Below, piece by piece: positions 35,719 through 43,540 of a stretch of 59,443 bases of DNA. The position numbers and the translations under genes are program-made. Origin of the DNA: Steroidobacteraceae bacterium. Its GTDB lineage: Bacteria; Pseudomonadota; Gammaproteobacteria; Steroidobacterales; Steroidobacteraceae. The stretch lies in NCBI GenBank assembly GCA_036277615.1, contig DASUMQ010000293.1, positions 1 to 59,443 on the forward strand, in the 5' to 3' direction. Numbering within the stretch: the stretch's first letter is position 1; each line of letters starts with the position of its first letter. The notes below the pieces were generated by a model. That model saw only the letters and a list, made by a program, of their open reading frames with translations. It was not told the origin of the DNA and did not search any database.

Positions 35719-36498
35719 CTACGTTCGCGCCAGCTCGTCGGCCAGCAACTTGCGGACGGTCTGGATGTCCTTTGCCATCGTACGGGCCTGATTAATGGCC
35801 GAGAAGCTCACGAAGGCCCGGTACCAGATGTTGCCGGCCAGGGCAGCCCACTCCGGCGAGGCGGGGTGGAGCTTCCACAACAGGTCCTGCGCGGGCGTGA
35901 CGTCGACCCCCATGCGTCGTTCGAACTCCGCGATCGGGTAGATCACGCTCGGCAGGTTATCGCTCGGCCGCGGCGCGATCAGGCCGGTCGTGAGCAGGTG
36001 CGAAGTGAATATTTCATCGACGAAGACCTGGTTGTTGCGGTCTCGCACGACCAGGGCGCGCTCGTTGCGTTCGTACAGCCGGGCGATTTCGTCGCGGAGC
36101 CTTGCATTGCGCAGCAGCCGAATGTTGCCGGTGCTGAGCAGGTCGGTATAGGTCGAGCGCGACAGGCGCAGCGTGCGACGCGACATGAGGCGGCTGACCG
36201 CACGCGCTACGGCCTCGCGCTGGTCAGGTCCGACGCTGGTGCGCAGGGACCTGTACGCGAAGATGCCATCGGCCGTCTGCTTCTTCTCGTAGTCGATGAA
36301 CTCTGCGAGCACTTCGAGGTCCCGGTCCAGGTCGCGCGCGAGCGATTGCAGGTACTGGTGCTCGATACGCGCATCGCGGCGGTCCTGGATCGCATCGTCG
36401 ACCGCCAGGGCCGCGAGGATACCGACGATGATCAGCGACAGGTCGATCGCGACCTGCGTCCAGCGCAGATCACCGCGCAGCCAGCGCATTGGCAGCAT
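35719..36498 (-). CDS. Single-pass membrane protein of unknown function (DUF6090-like by recollection)
   Basis: 259 aa. The N-terminal anchor VAIDLSLIIVGILAALAVDD is followed by a helical Arg/Asp-rich domain. Its stop lies 1 nt before the ABC exporter start codon. Confidence 0.6.
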   Translation of the reverse strand: MLPMRWLRGDLRWTQVAIDLSLIIVGILAALAVDDAIQDRRDARIEHQYLQSLARDLDRDLEVLAEFIDYEKKQTADGIFAYRSLRTSVGPDQREAVARAVSRLMSRRTLRLSRSTYTDLLSTGNIRLLRNARLRDEIARLYERNERALVVRDRNNQVFVDEIFTSHLLTTGLIAPRPSDNLPSVIYPIAEFERRMGVDVTPAQDLLWKLHPASPEWAALAGNIWYRAFVSFSAINQARTMAKDIQTVRKLLADELART

Positions 36499-36528
36499 GC
36501 TCTCCCCCCGTGTGCCTGGGTTGCACGT

Positions 36529-38055
36529 CTATTCCGGCGCGGGCCCGGGGAACGTCTCGCGCAGCACGCGTTTCAGGACCTTGCCGGTCGGGTTGCGGGG
36601 CAGCGTGTCCACGAACAGGTACGTCTTCGGCTGCTTGAACTTCGCGAGGTGGGTCCTGGCGAGCTCACGCAGTTCCTCGCGCAGCCTCGAGTCGTCGCCG
36701 GTCCAGGCGCCCGCGCGCACGACCACGGCGCACGCACTCTCCCCCCACTTCGCGGAGGGCTGGCCGATCACGCCGACCTCGCTCACGCCCGGGTGCGAGC
36801 TCAGCACGTTCTCGACCTCGGCCGGGTACACGTTTTCCCCGCCCGAGATGATCATGTCCTTCGAGCGATCCTTGATGTAGATGAATCCTTCCTCGTCGAC
36901 CTCGGCGATGTCGCCCGTGTGGAACCAGCCGTCGCGGATCGCGTCGCTCGTGGCGTCGGGTCGGTTCCAGTAACCCGTGAACAGGTGCGGTCCCCTCGTG
37001 ATGACCTCGCCGGGCAGGCCGGGCGGCACCGGGTTGCCGGCGAGGTCGACGACGCGGACGTCGATGCCGTAGTACGGCAGCCCGGTCGACCCCGCCTTGC
37101 TCGAGGCGTGCTCCGAGTTGAGCAGGCAGATGCCGCCGTGCGTTTCCGTCGCGCCGTAGACCTGTCGCACCTGCACACCCATCGAGTGCCAGGCCTCGAT
37201 CAGGCTGACCGGCACGGGCGCTGCACCGCAGAGCACCCATCGCAGCGCGGGCCGGGCGGCGGTCGCGCGCGCCGGATGCTGGTACATGAACGCGAGCATC
37301 GCCGGCACGGCGAAGAATCCCGTGATCCGTTCGCGGTCGACGAGGTCCCACATCTGCGCCGGATCGAAGGCCTTGACCATTATCGAGGTCATGCCGCGGT
37401 ACACGGCGACCATCGTCAGGCCGAGGCCGGCGATGTGGAACATCGGCGCGACGATGATCTGGCGCTCGTCGCACGTGAGGTCGCTGGTCGCGAGCATGCA
37501 CGCGAGATAGGCGAGGTTGGCACGGTGCGAAATCAGCGCACCCTTGGGACGACCGGTCGTGCCGCTCGTGTACATCATGAAGAGCGGGTCTTCGCCGGTC
37601 GCGCCGATCGGGGGCTCCGTCGTCGAGGTGGCGGCGACGGTGGCGTCGAACTCGCCGTGATCGGCGGCGAGCCAGCGCACCTGGGGGAACTGCGCCCGGA
37701 GCGGCTCGACCAGCGGCGCCTGGTCGGCGCCGTAGATCACGGCGGAGGCGCCGCTGTCGAGCAACTGGTACGAGAGTTCCGGCACCGTCAGGCGCCAGTT
37801 GAGCGCCACGAAGACGAAACCGGCCTTGGCGCAGGCGAAATACGCTTCCGCGTAGCGTGGCTGGTTCGACATCAGGCAGGCGACGCGCTCGCCCGCCGTG
37901 AGCCCCAGGCCGAGCAGCGCGTTCGCGACCTGGTTCGTGCGTTCGTTGAGCCGGCGGAAGTCGTACCGCTCGCCGCTTGCGACGTCGACGATGGCTTCCA
38001 TGCGGCCGCTGATCTTGGCGCGCTCGGTGAGCGTCTGGCCTGCGTTGACGAGCAT
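36529..38055 (-). CDS. AMP-dependent acyl-CoA synthetase/ligase (fatty-acid-CoA ligase-like)
   Basis: Motifs MYTSGTTGRPKGA, GEVITRGPHLFTGYW and TGDIAEVDEEGFIYIKDRSKDMIISGGENVYPAEVE. I chose the start at MLVNAGQTL (ATG 38055); the 38175 start would overlap the upstream gene. Confidence 0.9.
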   Translation of the reverse strand: MLVNAGQTLTERAKISGRMEAIVDVASGERYDFRRLNERTNQVANALLGLGLTAGERVACLMSNQPRYAEAYFACAKAGFVFVALNWRLTVPELSYQLLDSGASAVIYGADQAPLVEPLRAQFPQVRWLAADHGEFDATVAATSTTEPPIGATGEDPLFMMYTSGTTGRPKGALISHRANLAYLACMLATSDLTCDERQIIVAPMFHIAGLGLTMVAVYRGMTSIMVKAFDPAQMWDLVDRERITGFFAVPAMLAFMYQHPARATAARPALRWVLCGAAPVPVSLIEAWHSMGVQVRQVYGATETHGGICLLNSEHASSKAGSTGLPYYGIDVRVVDLAGNPVPPGLPGEVITRGPHLFTGYWNRPDATSDAIRDGWFHTGDIAEVDEEGFIYIKDRSKDMIISGGENVYPAEVENVLSSHPGVSEVGVIGQPSAKWGESACAVVVRAGAWTGDDSRLREELRELARTHLAKFKQPKTYLFVDTLPRNPTGKVLKRVLRETFPGPAPE

Positions 38056-38090
38056 CTGCTTCTCCCCGTAAACCTGCCGGACCTGCGCGA

Positions 38091-38813
38091 TCAGTCCCGT
38101 CGCGCGGCGACGTCCTTGAAGGCGACGTTCTCGATCCGGTACTGCTGCCAGTCGCGGCAGTCGTAATGCCACCACTCGGCGTCGTTGACCGTGAACCCCT
38201 GCGACTCCATCGTGCGTCGCAGGAGGTCGCGCGCCTCGCGCTGCGCCGCGGTGCCTCCGCCGTACTCGGGATGGGCCCGCTCGGAAAAGTCGTCGTAGCC
38301 GCTCGGCATCTGGACTTCACGGCCCGTGGCGAGGATGTAGAGGGTCAAGTCGACCGCGCAGCCGCGATTGTGCCTGGAGCCCTGGTCGGGGTTCGCGACG
38401 AAGTCACGCTGCTCCGGCGGCACGGCGTCCCAGAAGATGCGCGTGACGTACCAGGGCCGGTAGCCGTCGAAGAGCAGCAGGCCGTAGCCCTGCGGCTGCA
38501 ACGCCCGGTGTGCCCGCACGACCGCTTCAGCCGCCGGGCGCTGCAGGAACACGCGCGCTTCCGAATACACCGGCCAGCGCAGGAAATTGTTGCGGGTCGC
38601 GTAGCGCACGTCGAGCAGGATCGTCGGGTCGAGGGTCGTCACTTCGACGAGGTCGCTCGCGCGGAACGTGCCGGTTTCCTCGGGCGGCAACGCGCGCAGC
38701 GCGTCAGACCGCAGCGCCTCGAGCTTGTAGGTCGGCAACCGTGCCACGTTGCCGGCACAACCCGTGAGCGCGACCGCGACGACGACGAGCAGGATTCCGC
38801 GTTTGGTCTTCAT
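38091..38813 (-). CDS. M15D (VanX/DdpX-type) D-alanyl-D-alanine dipeptidase, predicted lipoprotein
   Basis: Zinc and catalytic motifs FDGYRPW, SRHNRGCAVDLTL and EWWHYD. The N-terminus MKTKRGILLVVVAVALTGC carries a lipobox. The ATG overlaps the upstream thioesterase stop (ATGA). Confidence 0.85.
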   Translation of the reverse strand: MKTKRGILLVVVAVALTGCAGNVARLPTYKLEALRSDALRALPPEETGTFRASDLVEVTTLDPTILLDVRYATRNNFLRWPVYSEARVFLQRPAAEAVVRAHRALQPQGYGLLLFDGYRPWYVTRIFWDAVPPEQRDFVANPDQGSRHNRGCAVDLTLYILATGREVQMPSGYDDFSERAHPEYGGGTAAQREARDLLRRTMESQGFTVNDAEWWHYDCRDWQQYRIENVAFKDVAARRD

Positions 38814-39253
38814 GGCGGGATCACCGCGAATTCCCCCTCCAGTTCACCGACGCGGCCGCCACCGCAAGTCAGCACGCTGCGTATGGCGATCCTGCCCATG
38901 CGCCCGCGCTGCAGCGTCTGCAGCAACCGCGTCCACTCTTCCTCGTCGGGCGCCTGCGCGGCCGCGATGAAGCCGGCCGTGATCGGGCGCTCGTAGTCCA
39001 TGCCGCTGCGCCGGACCACGATGCGTCCGGGCTGCCCGGCCGCCTCGAGCCGCACTTCGACCAGCGACCAGGCCGCGAGCATGGCGACGGCCGAGGCGCT
39101 GCCGCCGAACACCGTGCCGCTGTGGTTCACGTTTGGCGCGAGGGGCGCCTCGACGACGACGCCCCCAGGTTCGGCTCGAAGCACGCGCACCCCCAACGCG
39201 ACCGACAGCGGGATGCGTTCGTGCAATGAGGCTTGCAGGCGTTCCGGCGACAC
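38810..39253 (-). CDS. Hotdog-fold thioesterase (YiiD C-terminal domain type)
   Basis: The pattern ERIPLSVALGVRVL...APLAPNVNHSGTVFGGSASAVAMLAAWSLV is present. The start is uncertain (GTG 39253 or TTG 39289). The longer ORF would overlap ybaN and is rejected. Confidence 0.7.
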   Translation of the reverse strand: MSPERLQASLHERIPLSVALGVRVLRAEPGGVVVEAPLAPNVNHSGTVFGGSASAVAMLAAWSLVEVRLEAAGQPGRIVVRRSGMDYERPITAGFIAAAQAPDEEEWTRLLQTLQRGRMGRIAIRSVLTCGGGRVGELEGEFAVIPP

Positions 39254-39306
39254 GACTGCATTGTGTGGGCCAGTCCCGGCCGCCCGCAACGTCCGCGCCC
39301 GGGACG

Positions 39307-39753
39307 TCAGTCGCGGGCCGGCCGCGGTCGCGAGGGGATCCGGTAGAGCCAGGTGGCCAGACCCAGCGCCAGGAGTGCAAGCAGGAGCTTGAGCCACGCC
39401 GGCCGCACGAAGAACAGGATCGAGATGCCGAACGACACGAGCATCGTGACGATCGCGACGACCTTGGTGCCGTACGGGAGGCTGCGGTGGACGTACCAGT
39501 CGTGCAGCATCGGCCCGAGCCAGCGGTGGCGCAGCATCCACTCGTGGAACGGCCGGTAGGCCCGCGCGAAGCAGGCGGCCGCCAGGATCAGCAGCGGGGT
39601 CGCCGGCAGCAGCGGCAGGAAGATGCCCGCGATGCCGGTGGCGAACGCGAGTACCCCGACGACGAGGAACAACGCGCGCACGATCGTCGAGCGGTGCTCA
39701 CGGGGGTACAGCGCGCGGACGCGCGCCCGGGGGGGTGGGGGCGTGTTGGTCAC
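39307..39753 (-). CDS. ybaN: DUF454 family inner-membrane protein (YbaN-like)
   Basis: The pattern GIAGIFLPLLPATPLLILAAACFARAYRPFHEWMLRHRWLGPMLHDW is characteristic of YbaN. GTG start. Confidence 0.8.
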   Translation of the reverse strand: MTNTPPPPRARVRALYPREHRSTIVRALFLVVGVLAFATGIAGIFLPLLPATPLLILAAACFARAYRPFHEWMLRHRWLGPMLHDWYVHRSLPYGTKVVAIVTMLVSFGISILFFVRPAWLKLLLALLALGLATWLYRIPSRPRPARD

Positions 39754-39979
39754 GCCCCGGAGCGTACCGCAGGACGTGTCGCGCCGAGGTCAGCCGGCGC
39801 CGACACCCAAGGCCAGTGCAGTGTTTCGTAAGTATCTTTTCGTGCGACTGCGGACACAGCTCGCACTCGGCGCGGCGGCGAGTTGGGCGACGCGATAGTC
39901 GCGGCAGACTGGCTGGAGGAATCTGCCACTAGGCGTACAATCAAGCGGGCCGCACCCGTGCCGGCTGGGGGCACCCCTC

Positions 39980-40465
39980 ATGAACGCCATCGACCCGATC
40001 GTCCTGGACGCCGTGCAGCGGCATCCATTCGTCAAGGGAATGACCCCCGCGCACTGCGCCACCCTCGCGTCGCTCGCCCGGCGTGTCTCCTTCCCGGCCG
40101 ACTCGGTCATCTTCCGCGAGGGCGACGAGAATCACGAGTTCTTCCTGCTGCTCACCGGGCGCGTGGCGCTGGAAATGAAAGCACAGGACCGCATGCTACG
40201 CGTCGCCACGATGGAGGGCGGCGACCAGATCGGCTGGTCGGCCGTCATCGTCGGGCGGGGCAAGCACTTCCAGGCGCGGGCGCTCGAGCCTGTGGAGGCG
40301 CTCGCCTTCGACGGCTACGTCCTGCTCGAGCGGTGCCGGGCCGACACCGGTTTTGGGTACAAGCTCATGCACCGGCTGCTGAGCGTGGTGTCGGACCGCC
40401 TGCAGGCCGCGCGGCTGCAGGTGCTCGACATGTACTCCCCGATCGCGAAGCGCGCCGGCGCCTGA
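39980..40465 (+). CDS. Stand-alone cyclic-nucleotide-binding (CAP effector) domain protein
   Basis: 161 aa with the cNMP beta-roll pattern FPADSVIFREGDENHEFFLLLTGRVALEM...GWSAV. There is no HTH or other output domain. Confidence 0.8.
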   Translation: MNAIDPIVLDAVQRHPFVKGMTPAHCATLASLARRVSFPADSVIFREGDENHEFFLLLTGRVALEMKAQDRMLRVATMEGGDQIGWSAVIVGRGKHFQARALEPVEALAFDGYVLLERCRADTGFGYKLMHRLLSVVSDRLQAARLQVLDMYSPIAKRAGA

Positions 40466-40616
40466 AGCAGCGCGGGGCTCGGTCTGCCCCCACGCGTCGT
40501 GGCCCCCCGGAGTCAGGTTCGGGCGATGAGTGCATCCGCCCAATTTAATCCATCCCCGCGGGACGCAGTCCGGCCGGCTGGTGCCGGCTGACCGGGCCCG
40601 AGCGTCGCGAAAAGGA

Positions 40617-42002
40617 TCAGAACCGGTCGAGCAGCCAGCCCGGGAAGAAGGCGAGCGCCAGCGCCGGCGCGAGGCACAGCAGGCTCGCGGCGACGGCGAG
40701 CCGGCGCGTGCGGTTGGCGGGTACGTCCGCGGGCGTCGCGTTCATGAACATGTACTGTATGACGCGCAGGTAGAAGTAGATGCCGAGGTAGCTCGCGACG
40801 AGTCCGAGCACCGCGTACGTCGTGTAGCCGGCCGCGAGGACGTTGCGGAAGATCAGGAACTTCCCCACGAATCCGGGCAGCGGCGGCAGGCCGGCGAGCG
40901 ACAGCATCGCAACAGCGATCGCGATCGCCGCGTACGGGTGCCGGTGATACAGCCCCTGCAGCGACTCGAGCCGGTCGTTGCGGGCGTCGTCGGTGCCGCG
41001 TGGCAGCATGGCCAGCGCCAGCACGTTCATGATCCCGTAGACCGCGACGTAGAACAGGATCGCCTGGTCGCGCCCCGGTGCGGCACCGAGCAACGCGTAG
41101 AACAGGTAACCCGCGTGTGCGATCGATGAGTACGCGATCATGCGGCGGAAGCTCGTCTGGCGGATGGCGGCGACGTTGCCCCACACCATCGAGACGAGGG
41201 GCAGCACCGCGAGCAGGTCGGCGATCGGGCGCGTGATCGGCATCCCGGCGAAGAGACGCAGCGCCGCGAACAGCACGCCGGCCTTGATGATCGTCGCCAT
41301 GAACGCGGTCACCGGCACGCTCGCGCCCTCGTAGGCGTCCGGGGCCCAGCCGTGAAACGGCACGATGGCGGCCTTGAGGAACAACGCCGCGACCACCAGC
41401 GTCACCCCACCGACCGCGAGCGGGTCCGACGAGGCGAGCGCATACCCGAACGCGCCCGTGCTCATCTGGCCGCTCCAGCCGTAGAGCAGCGCGACGCCCA
41501 TGAGGAACGTGGCCGTGGCGGCGCCACCCATGACGAGGTACTTGAGTGCGGCCTCGGCGCTCTCCGCGCGCAGCTGCGCCAGCAGCACGAGCGCATAGAC
41601 CGGCATGGACATGATCTCGAGGCCGAGGAACATCGTCGGCAGGCTCTCCGACGACACCAGCAGGCAGGCGCCGTACAGCGACGAGAGCAGCAGCACGTAA
41701 AAGCGCGTGTCGGCGAAGTCGTCGCGCGAAATCAGCACGACGGGCAGCGTAAGCGCGATGACGACGAATTTCGCGAGGCTCGTGGCGGGGGTGATCGTGA
41801 AATGACCGGGGAACGGCGTGCCGGCGTAGCCTTGCGTGTGGAGCGTCAAGGCGGCGGCCGCGGCTACGACCAGCGTGACGAAGGTCAAGGCAAACCCGTC
41901 GCGCGGCCGCCCTCGCGCGATCTCGAGGCAGAGCAGCACCACCAGTCCGGCAAGCAGCACGTGCTCCGGCAGCATGGCCTCGAACACGTCGGTCCAGTTC
42001 AT
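40617..42002 (-). CDS. nuoN: NADH-quinone oxidoreductase subunit N
   Basis: 461-aa antiporter-like polytopic protein and the last gene of the nuo operon. Its ATG overlaps the nuoM stop. Confidence 0.9.
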   Translation of the reverse strand: MNWTDVFEAMLPEHVLLAGLVVLLCLEIARGRPRDGFALTFVTLVVAAAAALTLHTQGYAGTPFPGHFTITPATSLAKFVVIALTLPVVLISRDDFADTRFYVLLLSSLYGACLLVSSESLPTMFLGLEIMSMPVYALVLLAQLRAESAEAALKYLVMGGAATATFLMGVALLYGWSGQMSTGAFGYALASSDPLAVGGVTLVVAALFLKAAIVPFHGWAPDAYEGASVPVTAFMATIIKAGVLFAALRLFAGMPITRPIADLLAVLPLVSMVWGNVAAIRQTSFRRMIAYSSIAHAGYLFYALLGAAPGRDQAILFYVAVYGIMNVLALAMLPRGTDDARNDRLESLQGLYHRHPYAAIAIAVAMLSLAGLPPLPGFVGKFLIFRNVLAAGYTTYAVLGLVASYLGIYFYLRVIQYMFMNATPADVPANRTRRLAVAASLLCLAPALALAFFPGWLLDRF

Positions 42003-43540
42003 CGCGCCCCGCTCCCCAGTAGCACCGACTCACCCAGCACCCGCTGCTGGAACTCCCGCGCGGCGAGTTCCGTCTTGGCCAGCGGCTCGCCCGGGAAGAG
42101 GCCGATGGCGAAGATCGCCGCGACGATCGCGACGAGTATCGTCGTCTCGCGCGCGTTCAGGTCCTCGAGCGGCGTGTGCGGAGCGCGCGCCTCGCCGAAG
42201 AGGATGCGTTGCGCCAGCCACAGCATGTAGAGCGCGCCGAGTACGACGCCGGACACGGCGATCACGGCGAGCGTCAGCGGCACCTGGTTGCCGGCGAGGT
42301 GCGCGGGCCACGCGGCATTGAAGGCCCCGAGCAACGCCATGAACTCGCCCGCGAAGCCGCTCGTCGTCGGCAGTCCGATCGAGGCCAGCGTCAGCAGGGA
42401 GAAGAACACCGCGAAGAGCGGCAGGATCCTGGCGAGGCCGCCGTAGTCGGCCACGGCGCGCGAATGCGTGCGCTCGTAGATCATCCCGACCATGAGGAAG
42501 AGTCCGCCGGCGACGAGCCCGTGGCTGACCATCTGCAGGATCGCACCCTGGATGCCGATCAGGTCGAGGCTCGCGAGACCCAGCATCACGTAGCCCAGGT
42601 GGCTGATCGAGGAGTAGGCGATGATCTTCTTGATGTCGTCCTGCACCAGCGCGAGGCATGCACCGTAGACGATGCTTATCACGGCGAGCGTCATGATCAC
42701 CGGCATCATGGCCCGGGCGGCGTCCGGGAAGAGCGGGAAGCCGAGCTTCATGAAGCCGTACGTGCCCATCTTGAGCAGCACGCCGGCCAGGATCACCGAG
42801 CCCGTCGTCGGCGCCTCGACGTGCGCGTCGGGGAGCCAGGTGTGCAGCGGGAACATCGGGACCTTGATCGCGAATGACAGCGAAAAGGCCGCGAGCAGCC
42901 ACACCTGGGCAGTGAACGGCAGGCTCGCGCCGCTCAGGTGCCGCAGGTCGAAGGTCAGCCCGTTCCCGTCCTGCGTGGCGAGCACCAGGTAGATCAGCGC
43001 CGCGAGCATCAGGATGCTGCCGAACGCCGTGTACAGCACGAACTTGAGCGTCGCGTAGACGCGCCTTGCGCCGCCCCAGAGCCCGATGATCAGGAACATC
43101 GGGATCAGCATCGCTTCCCAGAAGACGTAGAACAGGAACAGGTCCTGCGCCACGAACGTGCCCAGCATCGTGAACTGGATGAAGAGCACCATCGCGTGGA
43201 ACAGCTTCACGTCCTTCTGCACGGCCGTCCAGGCGCCCATGACGACCAGCGGCCCGAGGAACGCGGTGAGCGCCACGAGCAGCACGTTCAGGCCGTCGAG
43301 GCCGATCCGATAGCTGACGCCCCACGAGGCGATCCACGGCACGTCGGTGGCGAACTGCAGTCCGCGCTCCAGGCCGTCGAAGCGCTGGTAGAGCACGGCC
43401 GCGATGACGAACTGCAGGAGCATGCAGCCGAACGTGATGCTGCGTACGAGGGGGTCGCGACCCTTCGACACGAAGCCCAGGGCCACGATGCCGCCGACCG
43501 GCAGCCACAACAGCAGGTTCAGGAGCATCGGCTCAGACAT
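41999..43540 (-). CDS. nuoM: NADH-quinone oxidoreductase subunit M
   Basis: 513-aa antiporter-like subunit (…KVPMFPLHTWLPDAHVEAPT…). It overlaps the nuoL stop by 8 nt. Confidence 0.92.
   Translation of the reverse strand: MSEPMLLNLLLWLPVGGIVALGFVSKGRDPLVRSITFGCMLLQFVIAAVLYQRFDGLERGLQFATDVPWIASWGVSYRIGLDGLNVLLVALTAFLGPLVVMGAWTAVQKDVKLFHAMVLFIQFTMLGTFVAQDLFLFYVFWEAMLIPMFLIIGLWGGARRVYATLKFVLYTAFGSILMLAALIYLVLATQDGNGLTFDLRHLSGASLPFTAQVWLLAAFSLSFAIKVPMFPLHTWLPDAHVEAPTTGSVILAGVLLKMGTYGFMKLGFPLFPDAARAMMPVIMTLAVISIVYGACLALVQDDIKKIIAYSSISHLGYVMLGLASLDLIGIQGAILQMVSHGLVAGGLFLMVGMIYERTHSRAVADYGGLARILPLFAVFFSLLTLASIGLPTTSGFAGEFMALLGAFNAAWPAHLAGNQVPLTLAVIAVSGVVLGALYMLWLAQRILFGEARAPHTPLEDLNARETTILVAIVAAIFAIGLFPGEPLAKTELAAREFQQRVLGESVLLGSGAR

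Noticed and set aside
33906-38166. Two long plus-strand ORFs (33906-35795 and 35704-38166) antisense to the ABC exporter, membrane protein and acyl-CoA ligase genes
   Set aside because: They have no motifs and a His/Arg/Asp/Glu-rich composition. The opposite strand holds Walker A/B motifs, the ABC signature and AMP-binding motifs.
39754-39979. 226-nt intergenic region inspected for a tRNA or small RNA gene; TACAAT at 39936-39941 noted
   Set aside because: I could fold no cloverleaf and saw no conserved-looking structure. TACAAT may be a -10 box for the cNMP-binding gene, but the -35 region is poor, so I did not list it as a feature.
40573-40588. GCCGGC-TGGT-GCCGGC hairpin after nuoN as the operon terminator
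   Set aside because: The stem is only 6 bp with no U-tract on the nuo strand. It is too weak to call.
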